A stretch of 64,000 nt of DNA. Source: the human T2T-CHM13v2.0 reference genome, Homo sapiens. Position 1 is the first letter of the stretch. Each line of letters starts with the position of its first letter. The stretch lies in assembly GCF_009914755.1 (NCBI RefSeq), contig NC_060930.1; one strand, given 5' to 3'. Position numbers and translations under genes: made by a program. Below the pieces are notes generated by a model. The model worked only from the letters and a program-made list of their open reading frames with translations. It did not search any database and was not told where the DNA came from. Below are positions 1 through 12,580 of this stretch, one piece after another.

Positions 1-308
1 GAAGGGGGCTCAATATTTTTTAATAGTCAAGAGGTGATGGGACTTACTGTACAAATCAAGGAATTGGCTCTCATAGGAATAAAGCTTATCCTACCTATCG
101 CAACAGGCAGGAAAGCATGGCATATGGGTACAGATGCTGCTAGGTCTGAACAGAAGGGAGTAGAAGCATATATGTGGAATAAAAGTGGGTTGACGTTCTG
201 TTCTTTACATATATCATTAGCAGTCAACATGCCCAGCAACTGGGGAAACCAATGAGTACCAAGGCGCTGAAGGAGGGAGCTGGGTGATGCCCTACACTGT
301 CCACTACA
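1..308 (-). mobile_element. Ancient ERVL LTR remnant (LTR33/LTR41-like)
   Basis: Ends ...gagctgggtgatgccctacactgtccactaca, resembling the reverse complement of the tgtagtgga... LTR start. Confidence 0.35.
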
Positions 309-439
309 GTGACTTACCAAGTAGTGAGTAACTAATCTGCTGATGGGCAATTTAATATTGCCTACAGAAATTCTGATGAATATGAAGCAAATACGCTGAT
401 ATTAATTCTAACTTCAAAGTAAGCTGGGCTGATGATTTC

Positions 440-590
440 AGTTGTATTTTACATTCATTTCCCAATTAAATACAGTAAAATAATGTCATTATCATGGAGG
501 ATAAGGTTATTTGAGAGTTCAGTGAAATCTTGCAAATAAAGAACTCAGCATAGTTATGGCACATAGTAAGTACTCAATGAATCTCAGGTA
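440..590 (+). mobile_element. MIR 3' fragment
   Basis: ...aaagaactcagcatagttatggcacatagtaagtactcaatgaat, the MIR tail. Confidence 0.65.
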
Positions 591-1706
591 TAAGTTAAAT
601 GAAACAATCATAATTCTCAGAAAGTAACAATTTATTTTTCATTATTGCTAGGTGTGGAGGGAGTGGTTTTGTTGCTAATAGTGTTTTGTTTTTATATTGG
701 GGGAGGTCTCGACTGAAGATCAGAATTAGACTTATCTCTCAGGAAAAAGTTTTATTTATTGGTGATGTGTATAATCATTTTAAATGTAAGTCTTTCGCTC
801 TTTAGGTTTTTTAAAATCAAAGAACTATTCTAAAGTACTTCGGCAGTATAATTAAGCCTTTGTTTCTCTCTTATTCAAATCTCTTTTAAATGCTCTGTGT
901 TTACCAAATTTCTCTCTTTTGCTCCTTAAAATTGTTTATTATTTTGACTCATTTGGCGAAATTTAAAGAAATAATTTTTCTCCTTTTGAAAAGAAAGGTA
1001 AATTAATTTCTTATGGCAAAGATGAGTGAGAGGTTAATTTTGCCAACCAAAGAAATTTGGAGAAAACTTGAGTGAGTGATTTCTTTCATTAGCCTGTGAA
1101 CAGGTTATTTATTTCACATGTAATTATAAAACAAGTAATTCTGAATAAAACCAACCCTGAAAACAAATAGGACTCATTTGCAGTTCTAACTGAATTAGAT
1201 ACTGAAAAATGCTTGCATTCTGATATGTTTTGAAAAGTCTAATGAAATTATAAATATAATATTTCAGAGAAGGAAATGTGCAGAGACAGCATAACAAGAA
1301 GCTCAATTTCACTTTGCCATTCGAAACTTTTCTTACCTATAAGTTGGTGATGTGAAATAATTCAGGAAAATTGAGTTTCAACCCAAATATCATGAGGTTG
1401 CTAAGTATATGTAGTTTATAATGTGCACAGTAGGTCAAATCGATATTGTGATCCTTAGAGTTAAATGTTTTATTGGATAAATGCAGAAACCCAAGTTTGA
1501 CTCTAACAGAAGTTTAAAATAAGTTATAAATAAGATTTAATGTTAACAGCAGGGATTTTTTCTAACCATAAACTGAAAAATATACCCATATTAATAAGTT
1601 AGGATTATGTACAACAATATATCAAAATCAAACTGTCCTTTTTTTTCTTCCAAAAGAATAGCCAATGAACTAGTTAGAGCTAGTTAAACCAGAATAAAAT
1701 CCCTTT

Positions 1707-1732
1707 CACACACACACACACACACACACACA
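1707..1732. repeat. (CA)13 microsatellite
   Basis: Perfect 26-bp CA run. Confidence 0.98.
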
Positions 1733-2144
1733 ATTGAATAGTAATAAAATAAGAAAATAATGTTACTGTCACTTAGAATCATTGCCTTCTAGGTTGAAAA
1801 CAATGGTTTTCCTATGATATCTTCATAAGTTAATACAAATCAATAAAGTATATAATAATGACAAAAGAACCACTGTCCTGGTATTAGAAAGAAATATCTT
1901 TTTCTAACTCTCCATTCATACAACATATTTTAAACCCTGGAGAATGGGACATTTGGGGGTTGTGCTCTGAGTCAAGTAGAAATTCAAAGAAAATTCCAGT
2001 GATAAAACAAACTGTCCCACTTTCTCTAAGTTACTCATAACAGTGATTTAGTACATAAATGAAGTAACTGTCTACACTTTTGAGGACAACATGTAGTTCA
2101 CTCATTCTGCTTTTTTCCCCCTTTCTTTCCCTACATTCTCACTG

Positions 2145-2672
2145 TTTCAGCTGTAGTACTTTTGAAAGCAGGGTCTGAGACAAAGACTTGATTGCCAATC
2201 ATTTGGAGGAGCATACAATCCTAAGAAACAGAAGTGCAGAACAGGGCAAGTGAAAATGAAAAGGGGCAATAACTGATTCCAGAATGCATTTTCAAGTTGG
2301 CAACCAAACAGGTGACTGAGACTCAAGCCCATGGCACATTCTGAGGAGGCTTCAGAGCTGTTTTCCTGGAGGATGAAAGATGAAAGCATTTATCTGTCAG
2401 TTCCAACCCGCATTTGGATGAGAGTGACTCCTCAGACATTAACTGCCCTGCTCTTCTGGGTTGCTCATGCATGAGTACGTTGCAGGAGCTCAATAATGTT
2501 CTTCACTCAAGGCAGTAAGCAGTTGGCTTGTAGCCCAAGAAAAGGCACTGTTGGGTTCCAACTGCCACAGCTAGTGGAGGGCTGAATGGAGGCCATCACA
2601 CCACATAAACAGGGGCTGGAGTTCCCAGTAAGGCTTAGAGAATGGTGAAATGGGACACAATAGTTGTCTGAG
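2145..2672 (-). mobile_element. Ancient ERVL LTR (LTR33/LTR16-like)
   Basis: aagcagggtctgagacaaagacttgattgccaatcatttggaggag resembles the LTR33-type gaagcagaccctgagacaaggatttgagtgcaagtagtttatttgggagg. Confidence 0.45.
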
Positions 2673-3126
2673 ACGCTCTTCCTCCTCTTGTAATCTAGAC
2701 TCCTTCAAGCTCCTCCACTTATGGCTCACAAACATTTTGCTTTTGTTGCTCCGTGCATACCAAGGTGATTTTATCTCAATGCATGACTCTTATTTTTCTG
2801 GAGCAGGATAAAAACAAAATAGTGATATCTTTAACCTAAAGTATGTAAAAATTCTAAACAGCAGCTTTAGAAAGGGCCCATGCAGCAAAACTTTGAATCC
2901 TTCTACCTTATTCAAGACTTTCCATCACCTCATGGGATTTCTACTCTTGGTTCCCTTCATTCATCCTAACCCTAACCCTTAAGTTAGTCAAGTGTCCTGA
3001 AACACCATCCTACCCGCATCTTGAATTACCTAGCAGAATAAAGAATTTGTCTAATATGTAAGACCTTTTATGGTTCACTACTGTTTTACAATTCTTATGG
3101 TAGAATGTATTTCCTCCAAACATCAG

Positions 3127-3463
3127 TGTCTTAGTTCAGGCTGCTGTAACAAATTATCATAGACTGGGAGACTTAAACCACAGAAATTTATTTCTAAGAG
3201 TTCCAGGGGCTGGAAGTTCAAGATCAGGGTGTGAGCTTGTTCAGGTTCTGGTGAAGGATCTCTTCTGTTTGTATCCTCACATGGTGGAAAGAGTTCCTGG
3301 GATCCTTATCACAAGGCACTAATTCTATTTATGGGAGAGGGGGCTTCATTCTCAGGACCTAATGAATTCCCCAAATCCCAACCTCCTAATACCAAAACAC
3401 TGGGGGTCAGGATTTCAACATATAAATTTGGGAGAGCGGGACACAAACATTCAGTCCATTGTA
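3127..3463 (-). mobile_element. MaLR solo LTR (MLT1A/A0-like)
   Basis: Starts tgtcttagttcaggctgctgtaacaaattatcatagactggg and ends ggatttcaacatataaatttggg...acacaaacattcagtccattgta. 5-bp TSD atcag/atctg. Confidence 0.85.
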
Positions 3464-4289
3464 ATCTGCGTGAGCTAACTTGAATGAAAAATTTCTTTTA
3501 ACATTTTTGTTGGAAACATTGACATTTACAACCATATACATTTTTCATATCATTTTATTTTTGCCAAAATGCTTAGTAATGATTCTACATGGGTCTGAAT
3601 ACAATTTCAGGTGATTGTTGTTACATCTTTTTGGAAATCATTGCTACCACACTTGAGAGATGTTTAGTTTATTAGATACTTGACCCCTGTAAATTTTTGC
3701 CCCTTTCTAGGAAATTAGGGTCTTAGTAGAGTGTGGGTTTCTACATCATACCACCAGTGTTTAGAGATTGCTGCCAAAAGTCAAGACAAGGAGGAAAGGA
3801 AGCCCGTTATTGAAAAAAAAACTGGACAAACACTAAAAGTTTAAGGCTGACGAGTAGCAGCAAACAAACAGGTTCTTCATCAAAACAAAAGATTGTCTGC
3901 ACAATACATTGACAAACATGCACAAAATTCTCATTTGTCCAAAAAGATTGGCACTTTGGAGGACAAAATAAAGAGATAGGGTTCTCAATCTTGAAGGGAG
4001 CACTTTATACTCTGAGGACATAAGAGAGCCATGTACAAACATTTACATAACTTAGAATTAGGTGTGAAGGTTCCCTGTACCATTGAAAAAATTTTAAAAA
4101 CAGAAACATTTTTATAAGGCTGGAGTCAAAATGAATGGTTTTATGGATTTAGAGGAAGACTTGTAGAAAATGGGAGGTTTGAATTTGGGCTGGTGGAAAA
4201 GGCCAGAAAATGCATTTCTTGTGAGGAATAGTATATGAGTAATTACACAGACACACATTATTCTGTCCAGTCACAATGGCATTTTTCCA

Positions 4290-4630
4290 TTTCCCTGAGT
4301 TCCTCTCTGCTGATTTTTCTTCAGATATTTGAGGTGCTGGCTCCCACTTGTCATTTAAGTCTTCCCTTAAGAATGCCTGTGTCATCTTACTTATGTAGAC
4401 ACTAGTCTCTCTGTAGAATTATGCCTTATTTTATTTTCCTCAAAGGACTTGCCTTAACTGATATTGTCTTGTTTACTTTCTTGTGTTTATTTTGTCTGCC
4501 ATTCTCCACTAAAATGTTAGCTACATGAGAGAAGAGAACTTTTCCATCTTTACCTGCTGTTCAACAGCAATTTGAACAGTACTCAACATAAAGTTCACGA
4601 CTGATCATATTTCTTGGATAAGTTGGAGAA
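4290..4630 (+). mobile_element. L2 3' fragment
   Basis: ...ctccactaaaatgttagctacatgagagaagagaactt...aacagtactcaacataaag, an L2 3'-end pattern. Confidence 0.6.
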
Positions 4631-5479
4631 TGTATCACACATCGTCATATGACCTTGCCTCTTCCATGGCAAGAATTGGGCCTTCAGTATGTTCTTTTCT
4701 CACTCTCTCTATTAACTAGAGGTTTCCTTGATTCATATTCTTTTTTCATTTAAACTCTATTCAACAAAAAAAAGAAAAAACTGGTGACTATTTTATCAGA
4801 TAAAATACTCTTACATCTGTCTTATAAAGGTAAGAATTTGGCAAGATGAAACATCTTGTCTTTTATATTTACAATATGCTAAATATGATAATTCAAAATG
4901 TATTATGGACATTTAAAATAAAAATCACACAAATTTTTTTTTCTCTAATACTGTCTATCTCCTAAGATCTGCTGCTATCTTCTTACAGCTTTGCTAAAAG
5001 AGTTTTGAATTTTAAATTAAATGTGACAGCCATATTGTTGTCATTAAAATTTTCTATTAAAAAACCATTTTGCATAACAAAATAGTTAATAATTTATTTG
5101 TGTTGATTGTTTTTTAGTTTTTATAAAAAGGAATGTGAAATTTTATTATATGAATCAAGATTAAGAAAAATACAAGAAGTATTTAGGACTTCTAAAATGA
5201 GGAATTTGCTCCACTGGTTGAGACAGGAAATATGCAATCCTGTGGCCCAGTAATTCCTTCATGGGTTTTGCAGTCACAGACCACTTCAAGCCCTACTTTA
5301 GAAATTCACAAGCAACACTTTAAAGAGATGTGATTAAATAAATACAGACTTTTCACCACTCCTGTAAAATGACTCAAAATTAATGTCCTAACAATTCCAG
5401 CTTTGTATTTAAGGGCAGCACATTATTATAGAGATGTTAAAGAAACTTAGATTATTATTAAAGAAATGTGAACTGAGGA

Positions 5480-5640
5480 TTACTAATAACTGTTTTCAAG
5501 CATATAAAAAGTGCTGTAAAAATGGTTGACCAGATGTTTTCCATCTACATGGGGACAGAATCAAATTAAATGATGGCAAATTATAATAAGAAAGAAGTAA
5601 ATTACACCTAAAAATAAAAAAACATCCCCACTGGATAAGA
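5480..5640 (+). mobile_element. CR1/L3 fragment
   Basis: aataactgttttcaagcatataaaaagtgctgt...gaccagatgttttccatctacatggggacagaatc resembles the L3 3' region. Confidence 0.45.
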
Positions 5641-6873
5641 TTATAGATTGGCACAGTCATCTTTCACCAGTTAAGTACAGCAATACTTGCAGGCAGAGAA
5701 TGAAGAGACAATACCTACCAGGATTTTTCTTCTGGCAGAAATAGACACAGGGGTCTCTAAATAAGAGGCTCACTATTACCACGATAACAAAATACACACA
5801 TTATGGTCTTGTTTGCCCCCAGTTCATCATTGTGCTTTTATTTGGAACCAGGAAAAGAAACAATAAAGTGAACTGAGAAAGTGTGACTAGGTTAGAAAGG
5901 TTGAAGAAGATGGAAATAAATGAAGGAAGATAAGAATGCACAGTTAGGAAGTAAATAATAGTAAACTCAAAGACTTTTTCAATACATAACAGTTCTGAAG
6001 TCCTAAACTGATGACCTAGAAAACATCACAAACCAAAGCTCCTTGAAATTCAATGCAATCCATTTCATATATGTGCATTTAGAAAAAATCATCAGATTCT
6101 AAAGCATTCATCTATCCCAAAGGGGTGGCTGACTTCAAAAAGTTTCAGGATCTTAGACTAAACATTGCTGTGGACTAAATAATAGTGTTGCTATTCCGAT
6201 CACGATTTTACCTTAATAATTAGGCATTAGCTAGATTGAAGACTTTTTTTTTTTTTCCTGGAGCTGGACTGAGAAAATGTCCTCAGCAAGATATCAAGTG
6301 TCTTTCAAGAACTATTTAAAGCTAAAGGAATATCTTGTGGCTCCCAGTTACCAGACATTACAGTTTAGGAGAGAAATGTTGGAGCTCATTAAAGAGAAAG
6401 AAACAGTGCTTCTCCAAGTCCATGGCCCCGTCACCTGCTTCTCCTTCCCAGTAGAACATTTAGCTCTGTCTTTACTGAGTAAAGGTAAGGCTTTGTATTT
6501 TTGTTTCCTATCTGTCTCATTCCATCTTTTATCTCAACAAAATACATCCCCAATACTACATTGTCTGCTAATAAATGTGTAAGCTATATGGTCACTTTGA
6601 AAGAAACAGAGAAAAATTAATGGTCTCGATGCTAAATATATAAATCAAATACCAAATATTATACCTATTCGGTGGCTAGCTGTGATACTTATGTAAATAC
6701 AAATGCCATGGGGCACCTAGTTTAATGTAGATTTAATAGGCATGTACATTGAAAATATAGAGTTTCTTGTTTAAAACTACTCTGCCCTTCTACCTGAGCC
6801 TCAAATATTATGAAAAAATAAGTAAATGAATGCACATTACACTTTAAAATAAATTTTACCTGGTGCTATAAAC

Positions 6874-7735
6874 CAGCGATTGCAAACTTTCTATAGGGGG
6901 CCAGAGAGCAAATATTTTAGGCTATGTGGGCCATTCAGTCTGTAATGGTTAATTTTAGATGTCAACTTAATGAGATTAAGGGATACCCAGATAGATGGTA
7001 AAGCATTGTTTCTGGGGATGTCTGTTTTGAGGGTGTTTTCAGAAGAGACTGGCTTTTCATCAATGGATTCAGTAAGGAAGATCTGCTCTCACCAACGTGA
7101 CTGGGCACTAACAAATTTGCTGAGGGCCCAGACAGAACAAAAAGCAGAGGAAAGAAGAATTCACTCTCTCTCTCTCCCTTCTGGAGCTGAGACAATCAGC
7201 TTCTCCTGCTTTTGGACATCAGAACTCCAGGATCTCCAGCCTTCAGACTCCAGGGCTTGCGCCCCTTCCCTCTCTACCTTCAGCCTTGGACCGAGAGTTA
7301 CATGGCCCACTCCCTGGTTCTCAGGCTTTGCACTTGGACTGAGCCACACTATTGGTTTCCCTGGTTCTCCAGCCTGTGGACCTCATACTGTGGGATTTCA
7401 GCCCTCCATAATCACATAAGCCAACTCCTCTAGTTAATCCCCTCCTATTTATATCTCTCTACATTTATAAAATATGTATTTGAAATATTTTATATCATAT
7501 AATATACAATGATATATAATATATGTTATATTTATATATATCCTATTGGTTCTGTTTCTATGGGAAACCCTAATATGCAGTCTATGTTGCAACTACTCAA
7601 CTCTGTCATTGTAGCACAAAAGCAGTCATAGACAATGTAGAAAAGGGTAAATCTGGCTGTTTTCCAGTAAAATATTATTTAAAAATTAGGCAGCAGCTGG
7701 ATTTGGCCACCAGGCTTATAGTTTGCTGACTGTGG
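6874..7735 (+). mobile_element. MER58A hAT-Charlie MITE, split by an MLT2 LTR (pieces 6874-6940 and 7578-7735)
   Basis: cagcgattgcaaactttctatagggggccagagagcaaatattttaggctatgtgggcca ... gcaactactcaactctgtcattgtagc...tagtttgctgac. Degenerate 8-bp TSD ctataaac/atttaaac. Confidence 0.85.
6941..7577 (+). mobile_element. MLT2B-like ERVL solo LTR
   Basis: tgtaatggttaattttagatgtcaactt...tcctattggttctgtttctatgggaaaccctaata, with a TA-rich internal tract. 5-bp TSD CAGTC at 6936-6940 and 7578-7582. Confidence 0.9.
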
Positions 7736-10374
7736 ATTTAAACAGTTCCTTTGGGAAATTTTGCTTTTTCATTCGCCCAGATATTCTCTCCTTTCACCTA
7801 TTTTTCTTGCCCAGTTGAAATTCAAGAGAATGAGTAGAGGCATCTTCTCATCTGCTAACCTCAGGGCCATGCTTCCTGGCTCCTTGCTTCTGGCTTGCCC
7901 TGCTGGCTTTGGTTCTGCGGCCGGGATAATTTGTAATCTGGGACTCTCCAGGAAGGGCACTATGTGGAGCTGCCTGGCTGTCTTGGTTCTCCTCAGCTCC
8001 TTTGGCGCTATGACTTTTCAGGGGTCTGGCTGTGACTGCCGCTTAGTCTTAGGCTCTGCAGGTCCCACAGCTACTTCATCACATTATGGCAATCCCCTCT
8101 GACAAGCTTTCCAGCTGCATCTACATCCCACCCATACTATACATAAAACAAGGGCAATTTGGAGAACTGTCTCAAGATCTCAGGTGTCTGACTATACTGT
8201 TGGCTGTTCCCATGGTTTGTGAGAGGCCACTTCTATCTCCTTTAAATATTACCCTAAATTATGTGATACTCCTCACTTAGATCAAACCCAGAGAACTTCC
8301 CTCAATCCTAAATCTTGATATGTTTAAAAGCATTAAAATTTTTTTCTCTAAAAACAATTGAGTTTGTATCTTTTACTATATGTCAGAAGGTGAAAATTAC
8401 AGTCTTCTTTCTCTTCTTAGTCCTTCTCTAATAAATCTGAATTTACTTATCCTACCCACCCCCAAGGTAAAATAGATGACAAGCCAGCTAGGATAAAGGT
8501 CATGCATTGAGAAAGTTCAGAAAGGAAAATAATGTAGTTACATGTTATGTTAAATTTCCCCTACAACAGTCCTCCTAGATAGGTATTGTTATACTCATCT
8601 AGAAATGAAAAAATTAAGGTTCACAGAATTTGCTAAATAAAGCTTGACCACCTGCTATATAAAAAAACAGAAAACCTATCTGTTTCTGACTACACTCCTA
8701 ATTCTCATTCAACCACAATTCCTGGAAGACAGGAAGTTAACTCCCGGTAAAGAGCATGGTTTGTGTTCCAGCCCCAAAGCCTCCAAATAAATGAACTTCT
8801 CTCCACCTTTGCATGGAATCACTGGGATTAAATGAGGTAAGTATAGCAACAGCTATCTTTCATCCAGCCCCTGGGTAAGTCAGGCAGTTTCTAAACATTT
8901 AGATATATTATCTCATTTAATTCTCAAAACAATCCTATAAGGTATTAAAATTATTATCATTTTTTTACTTAATGTTACTAAGGTCCTCAATATAGAGTCT
9001 GCCACATAGTAAATGCTTAGTAAGAACTAGTTATTCTTAAAATTATTACTCTTCCATTAGAATTACACCAACCAATAATATTTATACAGACATCTTTTTC
9101 CCCAGAGCAGAAGCAGTCTTTGATAGGCAGCCTTTGTTTGCTCATACTGTGAGGAACTCCCATTCTTAAAAGGACTAAAAGAGCATCACACTTAAGAACA
9201 AATTCTGGGGTCCACCTACACTGCCATTCTCCTCAGCTCCCATGATGCCAGACTTTGCTGGGTGCAGAGGCCCAGAACATAATGGCAGTGTTGGAAGCAG
9301 GAAAAAGATAGGAAAGGATGTGTACCAGGATGGCCAAGACAAGCCACTGGGTCAATTCAATATCCAGGCACGATTTTTCCCTTTTGAATTTACATTTGTT
9401 TAAGTTTTAATCCTAACCCACTTGATGAATTCAATTTGAATTCATTTTGAATTCTTAATATCACAACGTATTTCCTCATTTTATGAAAAGGGGAGACACT
9501 GTATTATGGAAGAAGTCTTGGCCCAGAAGCTAATATATGTGGTTTGTCATTTCTATTGTGCCACTAAATATGTGATATTAGCACTAATCGAAATTTTATG
9601 TATCTATTTGAAAATACAATCAAACTATATAATAAGGCTATAAGACTAGATGTTCATAAAGATACCTCCCAGAGAAAAATTGTCTTTTGAATATTTTCTA
9701 TTATCCTCGGCTCAAATGCTAATGAGTCTCTTCGTCTTTGGTCAACATAAGACTTGAAATTGTTTCCATTGGCAACCACCTCACAATTATTAGTTAAAGA
9801 GAAACCAGCTCTAGGCTTTGAATAATCCATCATTTTTAGAATTATTTATGGGTTTCAATTCCTCATTTGATTTTCTTTTTAACTGAAATATAAATGGAAG
9901 GAATATGAACTGTAGTATCTAAGGGTCTTCTTTACCTATCATTATGTTAATCATTTAATATAATAAACACAGAGATATCCACTTCCCATCTCCCTTTTGC
10001 ACTGTGCCAATATTTGCTTCACATCAGCATTCACTATTTGCAATCCATAAAATCACATGGTGAAAAAAAATATGTCCTTTTTCTTTAAGGATCTCATTAA
10101 TACTTTGATTTCACAGTTATCAACTACAAAAAAAAACACCTTTTGTAGTTTCTGTCATTTTGGGATTTCGAAAGAATCTGGGTCTTATTTTATACCACAA
10201 GAAGCAGAAACCTCATTCTCTCAATGCAATGAAATTGTTATAGCTGTAAATATATAGTTATTGGGATCTTAGGTATAGTCATCCCGTATTGTATATGACC
10301 ATAGAAGATTCGTCCTTCTTCATTCCAAACAAACCAAGAAAAAAACTATCAGGTTAGAATGTTTGATTGAACTT

Positions 10375-10630
10375 TCATGCATTCATTTTTTATATTTATT
10401 TGTTCAATACATATTTACTCATTTAGTAGATATTTATGTCTCCTGTGTACCAGAAATTGTGCTAAGTACAAAGAATAGAAAGTCAAAACAAATTTGGTTC
10501 ATGCCTCCATGGAGCTTATGGTTTAATAGGGGAGAAACACAGGCAAATCAATTATAGTGTCATTATAATGCAAGTGCTATGTCAAAGAGATGCACAGCAG
10601 CTATGGGAGCACAGAGGAGGAACATCTTTC
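10375..10630 (-). mobile_element. L2 3' end
   Basis: ttcatgcattcatt...tgtgtaccagaaattgtgctaagtac...gcctccatggagcttatggtttaataggggag. Confidence 0.75.
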
Positions 10631-11349
10631 TTACTAAGACAAAATCTTTCAAAGGTATTTATTATTCAACAGGATTTATATGTTACTTTAACAATTTTTT
10701 TTGCTTATGCATTATTTAAGAGGGATACTATTCAAAACACTATGTTACATAAATACATGAACTTAAAAATATTTAGTGAACATTTGTTATATGCAAAGTT
10801 TTGGTTAAGTTACCTTGCTGGCTGAAAGAAAAGATGGAATTCTTATACATAAGAACAATAAAAATTAAGAAAATGATAATGAGTGAAAATCACTTATTCC
10901 CAAAGAGAACACCTGAAAAAAAAATATGTTTTCAGAAATTGAAGGTCAAAGAGGGGCAAAGTACATCAGAGAAAATGAGTTTCTTAATCTCGTACAGCCA
11001 GATTTGCCTACTGAACACACAGCTTATGACAAAATAATTGTGCAGTAATTACTCTAAAAGATGAGACAAAATCAAGTTAAAATGGAGCAAATTGCCTTTT
11101 GCATTGTGGCCAATGACAATTAGTGACACATTCATGCTGTAAAATACCACTTTCTTTTTGTGAGAGGTGACCTATTGCTCGATGGTTAAGTAACTAGGTT
11201 ACTTCATGGAAAATCTTCTGCAATCCTGTCTCTCAGAGGAAATGCAAAGTTTATTATTGCTACTGCTTTGGTGGCAATTTCATATTCAATAATGAAACAA
11301 GTATACATCTTAAGTCATGCAAGTGTAAGTGCAACAATTTTTCCCGGTC

Positions 11350-11570
11350 ATGTTTACTGAGTGTTTGCTATGTCCAGGGACTATCCCAGGTTACTTACAT
11401 GTATCAATTCATTTTACATGCACAAATCTAGCATAGTGGCATTTTTCTCAGTTTTTAGATGAATAACTGAGACATGGAAGGTTGGGGATGTTGCCCAAAA
11501 GTTTCACAGAGAGCCAGATGTAGATCCATGATTTGAAACCAGGCATGCTGTGTCCAGAGTAAGTGTTGTC
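11350..11570 (-). mobile_element. MIR
   Basis: tttactgagtgtttgctatgtccagg...ttttagatgaataactgagacatggaaggtt...gatttgaaaccaggca. Confidence 0.75.
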
Positions 11571-11664
11571 AGACAGAATAATGTGCCATGTGCCCCACAT
11601 AGTCCAGAAACCAGTGGATGGTCTTCCTGTTTACATTTTTTAAATGTAAGTGAAGGGTTTTTTG

Positions 11665-12035
11665 GTTTTATTATTATTTTTAATTAACATATAATAATGT
11701 ACATATTTATGGAGTACAGTGTGATATTTTAACACATGCATACTTTTGTATCAATTCACCAACCTTTGGCTATCCCCCTGCCACCAACACTCTCCTACCT
11801 CTAGTAACCACTATTCTGCTCTCTGCTTCTGTAAGAACAACTTTCTTAGCTTCTACATATGAATGAGAACATACAGTATTTATCTTTTGGTGCCCAACTT
11901 ATGTCACTTAATGTCTTCCAAGCTCAGAATTTGTTCTTTTCTATGGCTAAACAGTATTCTATTGTGTATATTTTCTTTATCCATTCATTTGTTGATGGAC
12001 GCTTAGGTTAATTCTATATCTTGGTTATTGTAAAT
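11665..12035 (-). mobile_element. Old L1 (L1MA/MB) 3' UTR fragment
   Basis: aatgtacatatttatggagtacagtgtgatatttt...tttatccattcatttgttgatggacgcttaggtt. Confidence 0.75.
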
Positions 12036-12580
12036 AAAAATGAAATTTTTCTTGATGACTTAAGCAAATGCTCCCAACTTACTGTTAAGTAAAAGAAAAA
12101 AAAAAAGAAAAGCAGGAGAAAAGAGATCTTTACCTACTGGTTCTCATTACTGTTTTTAAAAATAACATACATAGTTAGTCATTGAAAGTAGATAGGTAAA
12201 TATATAGTTAAGATAAGGAAATAGATCTATACAGTAAAGGCTAGAAATTGTTATTAATTCTGTGAGTTGAAGTATAGACTGCTTTCATTTACTTATGTGT
12301 GTATTTTCAAAATCGTATACAATAAACATTAAGTTAATATAAAAATCACATTGTCATATCAGACTCACTTCAATGAAAGACTGTGTCCAGTATCAAGCTT
12401 TACCTGTAGTTTAAGGATCCAATCAATGAAGAGGCAAGAAGAGATCTAAAACATCCTACTAGCTTCCACAGCCCTCTTTTTCACATTAGAACACATAGTC
12501 TCTGGTTGAGAATAATAGAAGTCTACATTGTCACCTTACCCAATAGGAAGCATTTATGTTATAAGGCATCTCCATTTTAT

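Noticed and set aside
6970-7419. 149-aa ORF (+) and overlapping ORFs
   Set aside because: They lie entirely within an MLT2 LTR, with no domain or splice support.
9425-9454. Palindrome ATGAATTCAA-t-TTGAATTCAT
   Set aside because: It follows trivially from tandem repetition of the self-complementary GAATTC unit.
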